From contig CAWJIE010000004.1 of assembly GCA_963842885.1 (NCBI GenBank), forward strand, positions 192,001-256,000: 64,000 nt of DNA. Reading direction: 5' to 3'. The position numbers and the translations under genes are program-made. Shown here one piece after another: positions 9,689-20,088 of this stretch (position 1 is its first letter; every line of letters begins with the position of its first letter). The notes under the pieces are model-generated. The model made no database searches. It saw nothing but the letters and a program-made list of their open reading frames with translations, and had not been told where the DNA came from. Origin of the DNA: an uncultured Nitrososphaerota archaeon. Its GTDB lineage: Archaea > Thermoproteota > Nitrososphaeria > Conexivisphaerales > DTJL01.

Positions 9689-9996
9689 ATGGTATTCCCG
9701 CTGGGCGAGCTGGGGGACTACGAAATCAAGTTCAAACCAGAAAACGGGATGTTCAGGAAGTTGATCAGAGAGTTCTTCGAGAAAGAGGTGGAGCCTAGAG
9801 TCCCGGAGATTGAAGAGAACGACGCGGTGCCAGCCGACCTGTTGAAGAAGATGGGGGAGCTGGGGTCGTGATCGACCTACACATCGGGAGAATGCTGTGC
9901 GATGTGGAGATCAGCAAGGGATGCGAAGTTTCGAACGAAATACAGCGGCTTGTCATCATCAGGCAGACGATGGGCTTCGACCCGATGGGAATGTAA
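9689..9996 (+). pseudogene. Acyl-CoA dehydrogenase remnant with large internal deletion
   Basis: N-terminus MFRKLIREFFEKEVEPRVPEIEENDAVPADLLKKMGELG joined to a decayed C-terminus GRMLCDVEISKGCEVSNEIQRLVIIRQ (cf. RD.KI.EIYEGTNEIQRLVI); upstream of etfB. Confidence 0.75.
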
Positions 9997-10028
9997 GTAA
10001 TTAGGGTCATTGGAAGGTTCCATCGCCC

Positions 10029-10811
10029 ATGCTCAACATTGCCGTCCTCGTCAAGCATGTATACGACGAGAATCAGCTCAAGGTGGACAGGGGAAGTGGG
10101 ACGATAAGCTTCGAAGGCGTGCCCGGGAAGATCAGCGACTTCGACCGCTCCGCCGTGGAGGCGGCCCTGGTGCTGAAGTCAGCAGGCGGCGGTAAGGTGA
10201 CGTCGGTCACGTTGGGCCCAGAGGAGGCCGTCAGGTCGTTAAGGGAGGTGATGGCGATGGGCGTCGACCAAACAGTCCTGGTGAAGGAACAAGCCTTCTT
10301 CCGGCTGGATGCCGCGGCGACAGCCTCCGTCCTAATGAAGGCTCTGGAGAAGGCGGGCGGCTTCGACCTTCTGATCTGCGCCGAAGGCTCCGTCGATTCC
10401 TACACTTCACTGCTCGCGCCCATGCTGGCCGAAAGGCTACGCCTTCCGTTGGTGACGTATGCTCAGTCGTTGCAGGTCAGGGAGGGGTCGATGAGGGTCG
10501 AAAGAGTGCTCGAGAAGCGGATAGAGGTGGTCGAGGCCAGGCTGCCCGCCATCGTGACCGTCACGGGAGAGATAAACGACCCGAGGATCCCCACCCTGCT
10601 GCAGATAATGGGCGCCATGAAGAAGCCCATAGCCATGTTCACGCTTGCCGATTTGGGACTAGACCTGCAGAGCCTGACGGCGGGTGGCTACAGGCTCCTT
10701 GAGTACTCGGCGAAGTCCAAGGAGAGGCGCAAGGTGATATTCGATGGGACCGTCCCGGAGGCCGTCGCGAAGCTCGTAGACGCCCTGGTCAAGGACGGGC
10801 TGGTGAGCTGA
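10029..10811 (+). CDS. etfB: Electron transfer flavoprotein beta subunit
   Basis: IAVLVKHV, FDRSAVEAAL, VMAMGVD, EINDPRIPTL. Confidence 0.9.
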   Translation: MLNIAVLVKHVYDENQLKVDRGSGTISFEGVPGKISDFDRSAVEAALVLKSAGGGKVTSVTLGPEEAVRSLREVMAMGVDQTVLVKEQAFFRLDAAATASVLMKALEKAGGFDLLICAEGSVDSYTSLLAPMLAERLRLPLVTYAQSLQVREGSMRVERVLEKRIEVVEARLPAIVTVTGEINDPRIPTLLQIMGAMKKPIAMFTLADLGLDLQSLTAGGYRLLEYSAKSKERRKVIFDGTVPEAVAKLVDALVKDGLVS

Positions 10812-10812
10812 A

Positions 10813-11772
10813 ATGGCTGACATACTGTTCTATTCTGAGGAGGACGACCTCCTTCACGAGCTGGCTGGGCTGGCCGCAGGTCTGGCCGCACAAGCAGGAG
10901 GGAGGAGCTGCGCCGTGATGGTGGGCGAAGACAAGGCGGCGATGGCTTCCTCTATCGCTTCTGAAGGCGTCTCTGAGGTTTACCTGTTCAAGGCGACGGC
11001 GGTCGTCAGGGCGCACCCTGAAGCCGCTGCGCAGGCGCTGGCGGAAGCGTTAGCCATGCATCACTCCGCCTTCCTGCTTGTGGGATCGACGAAGGAAGGG
11101 AAGGTGGTCGCCGGGAGGCTGGCGGCGGCTCTAGGGGCGCCGGTGGCTTCCGACTGCGCCACCCTTCAGCTCACGGGAGAAGATTTGGTGGTGGAAAGGC
11201 CCAGCTATGGCGGGAGGGTGACCACCAAGGTCGCCCTTTCTGGCAGATATGTCGTCGCCTGCGTCAAGGCCCGGGCCTACCCTAAGGCCTCGCCCTCCGG
11301 CTCGGCAGGCAAAGTGACAGAGATCTCCTTCGAACCGGCGCTGACGACCTCCCTGATTGAAATCCTTGAAAGGCCGACGAGCAGTGTGGATCTGACTAAG
11401 GCCGAGAAGATAGTCTCTGTAGGCCGTGGGCTGAAGAAGAAGGAGGACGTCTCCATAATTCAGAGCCTGGCAGACGCCATGGGCGCTTCGGTGGGATGCT
11501 CTAGGCCGCTCTCGGCCGACCTAGGTTGGCTCCCCGAAGAGGCCCACATCGGGCTCACTGGCATCGAGGTCAAGCCCAAGGTTTACGTCGCCGTGGGGAT
11601 CTCGGGCCAGCTGCAGCACTTGGCGGGCGTCAAGGAGGCAGGCACCATAGTCGCGATAAACACGGACAAGGCAGCCCCGATATTCGCGAATGCAGATTAC
11701 GGCATCGTGGGCGACCTCTACCAGGTAATCCCAGAACTGGTCCACCAACTTGCAGCTTTAAGAAATAAATGA
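10813..11772 (+). CDS. etfA: Electron transfer flavoprotein alpha subunit
   Basis: AEKIVSVGRG, GCSRPL, IGLTG, YVAVGISGQLQHLAG, AINTDKAAPIF. Confidence 0.92.
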   Translation: MADILFYSEEDDLLHELAGLAAGLAAQAGGRSCAVMVGEDKAAMASSIASEGVSEVYLFKATAVVRAHPEAAAQALAEALAMHHSAFLLVGSTKEGKVVAGRLAAALGAPVASDCATLQLTGEDLVVERPSYGGRVTTKVALSGRYVVACVKARAYPKASPSGSAGKVTEISFEPALTTSLIEILERPTSSVDLTKAEKIVSVGRGLKKKEDVSIIQSLADAMGASVGCSRPLSADLGWLPEEAHIGLTGIEVKPKVYVAVGISGQLQHLAGVKEAGTIVAINTDKAAPIFANADYGIVGDLYQVIPELVHQLAALRNK

Positions 11773-12055
11773 CTATATTGTTCAAAGTTTAGGATATCTG
11801 TTCAAGGGAACGTGTATCAAGTACTTACGTCTGAGATAGGAAAGTAGTAGTTTTGTCGATGACTGCCAGCCTAGGCGTCCTGAACGCAGACCATCAAGAG
11901 GAGGTCTTGGGCGAGCAGAAGCCCGCTACTCGGCACGTCCAGCTCTTGCCCGACGGAAGCCAGCAGGAGGTTGAGAAATCCGGCTTCACGAAGGACGTTA
12001 TGGTCAATAGCCACCGAGGATTACCACTTGAAGTGGTGATATAAGGCCGGGGGGT

Positions 12056-12119
12056 GGCATATGCCGCTTTGGCGGGGCATATGCCTCCGTCGTTCCCCGG
12101 CATACGCTAGCGTATGCCG
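12056..12119. repeat. Cluster of four GGCATATGCC-like 10-bp palindromes, including a perfect 22-bp palindrome
   Basis: GGCATATGCC at 12056 and 12076; CGGCATACGCTAGCGTATGCCG at 12098-12119. Confidence 0.75.
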
Positions 12120-12250
12120 CCTACGACACCGATAAGTCCAGCCGTTGATATAGCAGACAGCGAACGCAGAAATGACTCTCCAGCTCAGGCTCGTGATGGA
12201 GAAGCGTGAAGCGGACGGGATTTTCACTTACTGGTTCGAATCTGCCTAGG

Positions 12251-14239
12251 CTATTTCCCCTTGAACTTGGGCTTGCGTTTCTCGAAGAAGGCTCCCAGCC
12301 CTTCTCCTACGTCCTCACTGCTGAACAAAGCGGCGAAGCTGGCGGCCTCAATCTCCGACCCTGGCCCGATGGGATAGGTGGCTGCGTTGATGGCCTTCTT
12401 GGCCGCGGCTATGGCCAGAGGAGGCTTCTCTGCGAGGGAAAGGGCGAAGGCTTCCACCTCATCAGCCAGCTTCGTGTCTTCGAACACGCCGTCCAGTAGG
12501 CCCATCTCCGCCGCTTGGCTCGCGGCGACTGTCTCGCCAGAGAAGATGAGCCTCTTCGCCCTTCCGGGTCCGGCCAAGCGGGTGACACGCTGGGTGCCTC
12601 CTGCGCCCGGAATGAATCCCAAGTTGACCTCGGTCTGCCCAAGCTTCGACGACGCGGACGCGAATCGCAGGTCGCACGCCAGGGCCATCTCCAGCCCTCC
12701 TCCCAAGGCGTAGCCTTGGATGGAGGCGATGACAGGCTTCGGAAGACCCTCGATAAGGAAGTTCAGCTCCTGGAACTGGCGCACCAGGCTCAGCACGTGT
12801 TGTGGGGAAGTGTCTTCGAGGAATGAGGCGAGGTCGAAACCCACGCAGAACGCTCGCCCTTCTCCCTTGAGCACGATGACCCGGACATCAGGGTCGCCCG
12901 CCGCTGCGCCCAGCGCCCCGGTCAACTCCTTCAACATGTCCGGGCTGACGGCGTTGAGCTTCTCTGGGCGGTTCAGAATCAAGTAGGCGATGGGTCCCTT
13001 CTTCTCCAGCAGGACGGTGCCTTGTTTCTTCTCGGCGGAGGCGGAATAGTCGAAGAAGCCCCTCCCGCTCTTGACCCCCAAGTGGCCCTCCGAGACGAGG
13101 CTCGAAAGGTATTCGCAGGGCACCAGCCATTCCTTCGCCGTCATTATATAGAGGGATTCCAGTGACGCCTTGACGACGTCTAGGCCCCATTCGTCGGCCA
13201 TCTTCAGCAGCCCCTTGGGGAACCCGAGGCCCAGGACGATGGCGGTGTCGACGTCGTTCGCGGTGGCGATGCGCTGGGAAACCAACCACGCCGCCTCGTT
13301 CACCGCGGGGGCCAATAGGTCGACGAAGTTGACCTTCCCGGCCTGCTCCATGGGGACGCGGGCGCGAGGCTCACCTGCAGAATATGCGTAGAAACCCTTC
13401 CCGCTCTTCACTCCCAGAGCCCCAGACCGCACCTTCTCCTCGAAGAGGGGGCTGGGCTCGATGTCATAGCCGCGCCGGGAGAGGGCCTTCTCCACGTCCA
13501 AGAGGACATCTAGGCCCACGTAGTCGGCAAGCTCGAATGCTCCCATGGGAAGGCCAGCTCTGAACTTCAAGCTCGAATCCACCTCGATGACCGACGCCAG
13601 CTTGAGCTGGACGAAGATGCTGGAGGCCGCCATGAGGCGGGCCATAATCCTGTTCACGATGAAGCCGGGGATATCCTGCTGCACGACGACGACCTGCTTG
13701 CCCAGCTTCTTGGAGAAGGAGACGACCGAGTCGACCGTCGCCTGGCTCGTCTGAGCGCCTTTGATGATTTCGACGAGGGCCATCATGACGACCGGGTTGA
13801 AGAAGTGCAGGCCCACCACCCTACCCGGCTCCGGGACCACAGCGGCGATTTCGGTGATTGGGATGCTGCTGGTGTTCGTGGCCAGGATGCTCTCAGGCTT
13901 GGCGAACTTGGCTACCTCTGAATAGACGGCACGCTTCAGTTCCAGGTCCTCGGGGACGGCCTCTATCACGAGGTCGGCCGATCTGACCGCCTCTTCAAGG
14001 CTGGTGGAGTAGGCGATGCGTGATAGGACCTTGTCGGCGGGCTCCGCGAGCTCGCCCTTCTCGGCCAGCTTCTTCACGCTCCAGGTGACCTTCTCCCTCG
14101 CTCTGTCGATGAACCTCTGCTCGACGTCCCTGACGACGACGTCGTAGCCAGCGATGGCGGACACCTCGGCGATGCCGTGGCCCATCGTCCCGGCGCCCAG
14201 GACCGCTATCTTGTGGATGCTCTCGAATGGTAATACCAC
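12251..14239 (-). CDS. 3-hydroxyacyl-CoA dehydrogenase / enoyl-CoA hydratase fusion
   Basis: VLGAGTMGHGIA, IEAVPE, TNTSSI, GLHFFNP, PGFIVNR; C-terminal crotonase LNRPEKLNA, GGGLEMALACD, PGAGGTQR. Confidence 0.92.
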   Translation of the reverse strand: MVLPFESIHKIAVLGAGTMGHGIAEVSAIAGYDVVVRDVEQRFIDRAREKVTWSVKKLAEKGELAEPADKVLSRIAYSTSLEEAVRSADLVIEAVPEDLELKRAVYSEVAKFAKPESILATNTSSIPITEIAAVVPEPGRVVGLHFFNPVVMMALVEIIKGAQTSQATVDSVVSFSKKLGKQVVVVQQDIPGFIVNRIMARLMAASSIFVQLKLASVIEVDSSLKFRAGLPMGAFELADYVGLDVLLDVEKALSRRGYDIEPSPLFEEKVRSGALGVKSGKGFYAYSAGEPRARVPMEQAGKVNFVDLLAPAVNEAAWLVSQRIATANDVDTAIVLGLGFPKGLLKMADEWGLDVVKASLESLYIMTAKEWLVPCEYLSSLVSEGHLGVKSGRGFFDYSASAEKKQGTVLLEKKGPIAYLILNRPEKLNAVSPDMLKELTGALGAAAGDPDVRVIVLKGEGRAFCVGFDLASFLEDTSPQHVLSLVRQFQELNFLIEGLPKPVIASIQGYALGGGLEMALACDLRFASASSKLGQTEVNLGFIPGAGGTQRVTRLAGPGRAKRLIFSGETVAASQAAEMGLLDGVFEDTKLADEVEAFALSLAEKPPLAIAAAKKAINAATYPIGPGSEIEAASFAALFSSEDVGEGLGAFFEKRKPKFKGK

Positions 14240-14241
14240 TG

Positions 14242-14578
14242 TCAGCGTGCTCCCTTCAACAAGGAATTGAGGGCCATGGTCTTGAATATGTCCCCCTTTA
14301 TCTGCACCTTCCCCTGGAAGAAGGCCTTCGCGGCGTCCATCTGGCCGTCCAAGATGGCCTTGAGGTCTCCCGAGGATGTGGTGAGCGTGGCGGTGGGACC
14401 GGGATGGGTCCCCGACTCGACGCTGATGGAGGCGTTGTTCGCCCTGATACGTATAGGAGCCACCGTCGCTCAGCTGAAGGACGAATACCTGTTCGACGGA
14501 GGAGAGCTTGTCCTTGATCAGCGGATAGTTGGTCCGGGCTATGGACCTTATCCTTTCGAGCAGTTCGTCTGAAGCCAT
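14242..14578 (-). CDS. SCP2 sterol/lipid-binding domain protein (frameshift ~14450)
   Basis: VFVLQLSDGG then PTATLTTSSGDLKAILDGQMDAAKAFFQGKVQIKGDIFKTMAL. Confidence 0.8.
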
Positions 14579-14712
14579 AGAGGCCAATTAGCGCTGTTAG
14601 GCATTTAGCCTTTTTGCAGCGACCAGATTCTGAGGTAAATCCAAACTGGCGCAGGGCATGAGGGAGAGCCGAAGCCAAACAATTTAAGCCGCTCGAGTCA
14701 TGGACGCTACGA

Positions 14713-16726
14713 TTGACCGTACCCTTCCGCGACAACTTCGTGTTCATCCCGGGATGGCAGGTGGTCTTCCTCTATGCGAGCCTGGCCGTCGCCACGGCCA
14801 TAGCCGTCTACCTCTTCTATCGCAGGTTCAAGGTATATGGAATAGGGCAGACGTGGCAGAGGGTTGCGGTCCGCAGCTCGGGGCAACCTGGGCACGTTCG
14901 CCAAGGGAGGGCTCCTGCAGAGGAAGGTCGCCCAGAGGGCACAGGGAGGAGTCCTCCACATCCTGATCTTCTACGGGACCGTGGCCCTCTTCATCGGCAC
15001 CACGCTGGTCTTCTTCGACGCGGACCTGCTCAAGCCCTTCGGAATCAAACTGCTCCAAGGGGACTTCTACCTCTACTACAAGGTCATCCTCGATGTGTTC
15101 GGCGTCCTATTCGTCATTGGCATCCTTTACGCGCTGTTCAGGAGGCTGGCCCTGAGGCCCAGCTACCTGCACAGTACGAGGGGGGACTATATCATACTGC
15201 TGGGTCTCCTTTACATGGGTCTGACGGGCTTCCTTCTCGAGGCCATCCGTCTGGCCCTCACCAACGTTCCCTGGGCCGGCTGGTCGATAGTGGGCTATCC
15301 CCTATCATTGGCATTGGCGCCATACGCGAGCAACCAGCAGCTCTTCGAAAATGTGTACCGGGCCCTCTGGCTGGGGCATTCTCTTGTGGCCCTCGCCATG
15401 GTCGCCTCCATACCCTACTCCACCCTCTACCACATCCCGGCGTCTGCCGTCAACATGCTGGTGGCGCCCAGGAAGCCACTGGGGAAGATGAATACGCCAT
15501 TCAACCTCCAGAAGATGATGGAGACGGGCAACTTCGACGTCAAAGTGGGCATCGACAAGGCCGAGGACATACCGTGGCACAGGAGGGTCATGCTGGACAG
15601 CTGCACCAACTGTGGGCGGTGCGAAGTGGTCTGCCCCGCCAACGCCGCAGAGCGGCCTCTGAGCCCGCGGAAGCTCATTCAGGATGTCGACAGGTTCATG
15701 CTCGCGCAGGTGGCGGGGAAGACCGCCCAGGGCGCGTTCGAAACCGACACCGTCAACGATGACGAGCTGTGGGCATGCACGAGCTGCAATGCATGCGTGT
15801 ACGAATGCCCGGTCTACATCAACCAGCTGGACTTCCTGATGGACTTCAGGAGGACCATCGTCGCGGCCAACAGGCTGGACGACTACAAGAACAGGCTGCT
15901 TCTCAACGAGGCAACGTACAGCAACCCCTACGGCCTCCCGTCATCAGATAGGGACTCGGCTCTCGAAGAGATCGGGGGGAGGGCTTACAGGGAGGGCGAG
16001 CAGTTCGACTATGTCTACTGGCTCGGCTGTGTTGCGAGCTTCGACGCCCGGGCTCGGAACATCGCAAAGAGCATGGTCAAGGTCTTGGAGGCGGCCGGCG
16101 TCAGCTACGTGATGCTCGGGTCCAAGGAGAGGTGCACGGGCGACCCGATCCGGCGCCTGGGGGAAGAGGGGAGGTTCCAGGAGCTGGCACTCCAGAACAT
16201 CGAGATGCTGAAGGGGATAGGGGCCAAGAAGATCCTCACCCACTGTCCCCACTGCTTCAACACCCTGAAGAACGAATATCCCGACATCGGTGGAGAGTTC
16301 GAAGTCATCCATCACTCCGACTTCGTCTCGAAGCTCTTGATAGAGGGAAGGCTCAAGCCGTCCAAGCCCCTGAACCTCAAGGCGACCCTCCACGACGCTT
16401 GTTTCATAGCGAGGGGGAACGCCATGGTGGAGGAGCCGCGCAAGGTGATGGGGGCGTTGCCAGGGCTCAAGTTGGTCGAGATGAAGGACAGCAGGGAAAG
16501 GACGTTCTGCTGCGGAGCAGGGGGAGCCAACTATTGGTACAAGATGAACGAGAAGAAACCTATCTCGAAGCTTAGGCTGGGCCAGGCGCTGGCCACCGGT
16601 GCGGAGGTCCTCGCGGTGGAATGTCCCTTCTGCACCGCCATGTTGGAAGATGCCGTCAAGGCGGAGGGCGCAGAGGGCAAGGTGGCCGTCAAGGACCTTG
16701 CAGAGCTCGTGGCGGACACGATATAG
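14713..16726 (+). CDS. Membrane Fe-S oxidoreductase, HdrD/FadF-like with CCG domains (probable ETF:quinone oxidoreductase); frameshift ~14860
   Basis: NarI-like TM region, CTNCGRCEVVCP, CTSCNACVYECP, CPHC, FCCGAGG, CPFC; clustered with etf and beta-oxidation genes. Confidence 0.85.
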
Positions 16727-16775
16727 CGCTGGCACGCCTAGCACGTTAATTAGAACCGCCGCGTAGTCCAGTGAT

Positions 16776-17180
16776 GTGAAGAAGCTGGACGTTAAGACGG
16801 AACGGTCGCTGATTTCGGAAGCTCGCAAGGCTGCCGAGAAGGCCTACTCTCCATTCTCCAAAGTCGAGGTCGGCGCAGCCATACTCACCTCCGACGGCAG
16901 GGTTTTCTCGGGCTGCAACGTGGAGAACTCTTCGTACGGGCTCAGCATCTGTGCGGAGAGGACCGCTGCCGTCAAGGCCGTGTCCTCAGGTGCGAGGAGT
17001 TTCGAAGCGGTGGCCATCGTCTCCAACCTGGAGGGGCTGACCTACCCCTGCGGCGCCTGTCGTCAGTTCTTAAGTGAATTCGGAGACGACATCATGGTGG
17101 TTGTCGCGACGAAGAAGGGGAGGGTCAAGCGTCATGGCCTCGGAGAACTTCTCCCGGAGACTTTCTTGTTAAAGAAATGA
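16776..17180 (+). CDS. cdd: Cytidine deaminase
   Basis: AYSPFSK, GCNVENSSYGLSICAER, PCGACRQ. Confidence 0.93.
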   Translation: MKKLDVKTERSLISEARKAAEKAYSPFSKVEVGAAILTSDGRVFSGCNVENSSYGLSICAERTAAVKAVSSGARSFEAVAIVSNLEGLTYPCGACRQFLSEFGDDIMVVVATKKGRVKRHGLGELLPETFLLKK

Positions 17181-17277
17181 TAGATAATACCCAAGACAAC
17201 TTGAAATCTCATAGCGTTTTGCTTGTCCGAGAATCACTTATATAGCTTGGCAAGGCTGTATCCGTCGGGAATCGTAA

Positions 17278-18522
17278 ATGTCCCTGCTTTCTCACAGCAA
17301 GAAACGTGCGATCGCACGAGGCACTCTGGTGGGTGCAGTCATCGTGATAATCGTGGTGGCTGCGATAGGCATTTACTACTACTCAACTCTGACGACTAAA
17401 TCGTCAACCAAGGTGACCATCGGAATCGTGTATGACACTGGTGGCAAAGGAGACAAGTCATTCAACGACATGGCGTATGCGGGAGTCCTCCAAGCTAATA
17501 GTAGCCTAGGCATAAACTATATCGAGGAATCGTCTACCGACGCGAGCGACTACGTGCCGAACATTGACGCACTGGTCAGCAAGAACGTCAGCCTAATCGT
17601 GTGCGTCGGCTTCCTGATGGACGATGCCGTCGCTTCGGAAGCTGCGAAGTATCCGAACATGAAGTTCGCCCAGATAGACGGCGACGACTACAACATATCA
17701 AACGTCGTCGCGATAAAGTATCAAGAGAACCTCGGAAGTGCGCTGGTGGGCGCTCTCGCCGTGGCGATGACCAAGTCGGACGTCATTGGGTTCATCGGCG
17801 GCATGAGCACCGGCATCATCTACAAGTTCTGGCATGGCTACCAGTACGGCGTCTCGTGGGCGGAGAACTACACGGGGAAGACCGTCACTCTGCTCCCCGC
17901 CCAGTACACGGGGACGACACCGTCAGCCTGGGACGACCCAACCACCGACAGCCAGATAGCCCAGTCCATGATGGCGAAGGGCGCTGACATAATCTACGCG
18001 GCCGCGGGCGCTAGCGGCGTCGGCATGTTCAATGCGGTAGGTGCTGCGGACAAGGCCACAGGGTGGAACTGGTCGTTGACGACACCTCCCAAGTACTTTG
18101 CTATCGGCGTCGACTCTGATCAGGACTACTATGGGACCTACCAGTACTTCGTTCAAGGACTGAGCAGTGGCTTCACGGCGCCTTCATTCGTCCTCACGTC
18201 CGAGATGAAGAGGGTGGACACTGGCGTATACACGGTCATCGAGAGCGTGGTTGCCGGGAACTACAGTAGCTTCTGGAACAACCCAATGACGTGGGCTCCT
18301 ACATTCTACAACGGTACGACGCAAATCTGTGGATCCACCGGAGACCAGCCATGCAATGTCAGAGGGGTCTTCCTCCTTGGGCTCGCCCAGGGCGGCGTTG
18401 GACCAAGTCCGATGACCTACACGTTGCAGTATCTTACACCCGAAGCCACAACCGTCATGGCACAGCTGAAGGCAGCAATCCTCAACGGCACCGCAAATGT
18501 TCCTGAGAACTACAATCCATAG
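17278..18522 (+). CDS. BMP family nucleoside ABC transporter substrate-binding protein
   Basis: N-terminal TM anchor, GGKGDKSFND, GADIIYAAAGASG, AIGVDSDQ, LTSEMKRVD. Confidence 0.9.
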   Translation: MSLLSHSKKRAIARGTLVGAVIVIIVVAAIGIYYYSTLTTKSSTKVTIGIVYDTGGKGDKSFNDMAYAGVLQANSSLGINYIEESSTDASDYVPNIDALVSKNVSLIVCVGFLMDDAVASEAAKYPNMKFAQIDGDDYNISNVVAIKYQENLGSALVGALAVAMTKSDVIGFIGGMSTGIIYKFWHGYQYGVSWAENYTGKTVTLLPAQYTGTTPSAWDDPTTDSQIAQSMMAKGADIIYAAAGASGVGMFNAVGAADKATGWNWSLTTPPKYFAIGVDSDQDYYGTYQYFVQGLSSGFTAPSFVLTSEMKRVDTGVYTVIESVVAGNYSSFWNNPMTWAPTFYNGTTQICGSTGDQPCNVRGVFLLGLAQGGVGPSPMTYTLQYLTPEATTVMAQLKAAILNGTANVPENYNP

Positions 18523-18564
18523 AGGGGGGTGGGCTCACGCTCACCTTCTTCGTTTTTTTGGTGA

Positions 18565-20088
18565 TTGCCTACTTTGAGTGATTTAGCCATAAGGATGACC
18601 GGTATGAGGAAGTCCTTCCCTGGCGTCCTAGCGGTTGATGACGTCGACTTTGAGGTCAGGAAGGGAGAGATCAGGGGACTATTGGGGGAGAACGGGGCCG
18701 GCAAGTCAACCCTGATGCGTTTGCTCTACGGGCTGTACCGCTTGGATGTCGGACGAATAGAAGTAGACGGGAAGGAGGCACACATCGGAAGCTCCCATGA
18801 CGCGATTCGACTAGGCATCGGGATGGTCCACCAGGAGTTCATGCTCGTCCCGAACTTGTCGGTCAAGGAGAACATAGTTCTGGGGTTCGAACCCGGCAGT
18901 TCTGGCGTCTTCAGTCCCGGAGAGTCCAGACAGAGGGTACTGGACCTCAGCAAGTCTTCTGGCCTGCCCGTCGACCCCGATGTAGCTGTCGAGAGGTTGC
19001 CCACAGGGCTCAAACAGAGGGTTGAGATTCTCAAAGCTCTGTACCGTGGGGCAAGGACTCTGATTCTGGACGAGCCCACGGCGGTGCTGACGCCAGTTGA
19101 AGTCGTGGAGTTATTCAAGTCCATTAGGAAGATGAGAGATTCAGGGACGACCATAATCTTCATAACGCATAAGCTTCAAGAGATCAAGGAGATTACCGAC
19201 AGTATAACCGTTATGAGAAGAGGACGTGTAGTGGGCAGCGGCCCGACGAAGGAGGTGAGCATAGGCCAGCTCGCTAACATGATGGTCGGGCGGGAGGTCA
19301 TCAGGTCGTTCTCCTTTGACCCATATAATCCTGGCGAGGTGTTGCTGGAGGTCAAGGAATTGAGGGTAGCAGGCCAGAGGAAGGCCGTGGCCGTCGACGA
19401 CGTTTCTTTCTCCGTCAGAAGGGGCGAAATTGTGGGCCTAGCAGGCGTGGACGGCAACGGTCAGAGTGAGCTAGTCGAGAGCCTCATTGGTTTCAGGAAG
19501 CCGTTAAGCGGGAGCATCTCTATCAAGGGGGTCGTAACCACTAGCCTCGACACGAGCAAGATATTTGAAAAGTCCGTCGGGCATATCCCCGAGGACAGGG
19601 TAGCCCAGGGTCTGGTGTTGGACTTCTCCATCTCTGACAACTCGGTCCTGGGTATAGTGCAGAAGGACGAATTCTCGTCTAGGAGTGGATTGATTCACGT
19701 TGACAAAGTGAAGCGCTTCGCTGAAAACGTTGTCCATGCATTCGGGATAGTCACTACCAGCGTAAGCATGCCGGCGAAGTATCTTTCTGGCGGCAATCAG
19801 CAGAAGCTCATAGCTGGAAGGGAGCTTTCAAGCGACCCAGATCTGCTCATCGCTGCCCAACCGACCCGTGGACTGGACATATCGGCTACGGAATACATCC
19901 AGTCCCTCTTGGTGAAATCGCGGAACGGCGGGAAAGGGATACTTCTCGTCTCCGCAGACTTTGATGAGGTCTTGAACCTTAGCGATAGGATATTGATCAT
20001 ATTTGAAGGGAAGATCATCGGGGAACTCTCGAGAGAGCAGGCAAGTGTGGAAGCGCTTGGGAAGCTGTTGGGAGGAGTGAGCGCTTGA
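18565..20088 (+). CDS. Nucleoside/sugar (CUT2) ABC transporter ATP-binding protein
   Basis: GENGAGKST, ILDEPTAVL, LSGGNQQK, QPTRGLD. Confidence 0.92.
   Translation: MPTLSDLAIRMTGMRKSFPGVLAVDDVDFEVRKGEIRGLLGENGAGKSTLMRLLYGLYRLDVGRIEVDGKEAHIGSSHDAIRLGIGMVHQEFMLVPNLSVKENIVLGFEPGSSGVFSPGESRQRVLDLSKSSGLPVDPDVAVERLPTGLKQRVEILKALYRGARTLILDEPTAVLTPVEVVELFKSIRKMRDSGTTIIFITHKLQEIKEITDSITVMRRGRVVGSGPTKEVSIGQLANMMVGREVIRSFSFDPYNPGEVLLEVKELRVAGQRKAVAVDDVSFSVRRGEIVGLAGVDGNGQSELVESLIGFRKPLSGSISIKGVVTTSLDTSKIFEKSVGHIPEDRVAQGLVLDFSISDNSVLGIVQKDEFSSRSGLIHVDKVKRFAENVVHAFGIVTTSVSMPAKYLSGGNQQKLIAGRELSSDPDLLIAAQPTRGLDISATEYIQSLLVKSRNGGKGILLVSADFDEVLNLSDRILIIFEGKIIGELSREQASVEALGKLLGGVSA

Noticed and set aside
11853-12044. 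63-aa ORF downstream of etfA
   Set aside because: No recognisable motif; may be a remnant, but no call can be supported
12251-14587. Apparent 778-aa fusion of an N-terminal domain to HADH/ECH
   Set aside because: Created by a frameshift in the upstream SCP2 gene; SCP2 has its own stop at 14242 and HADH its own start at ~14239
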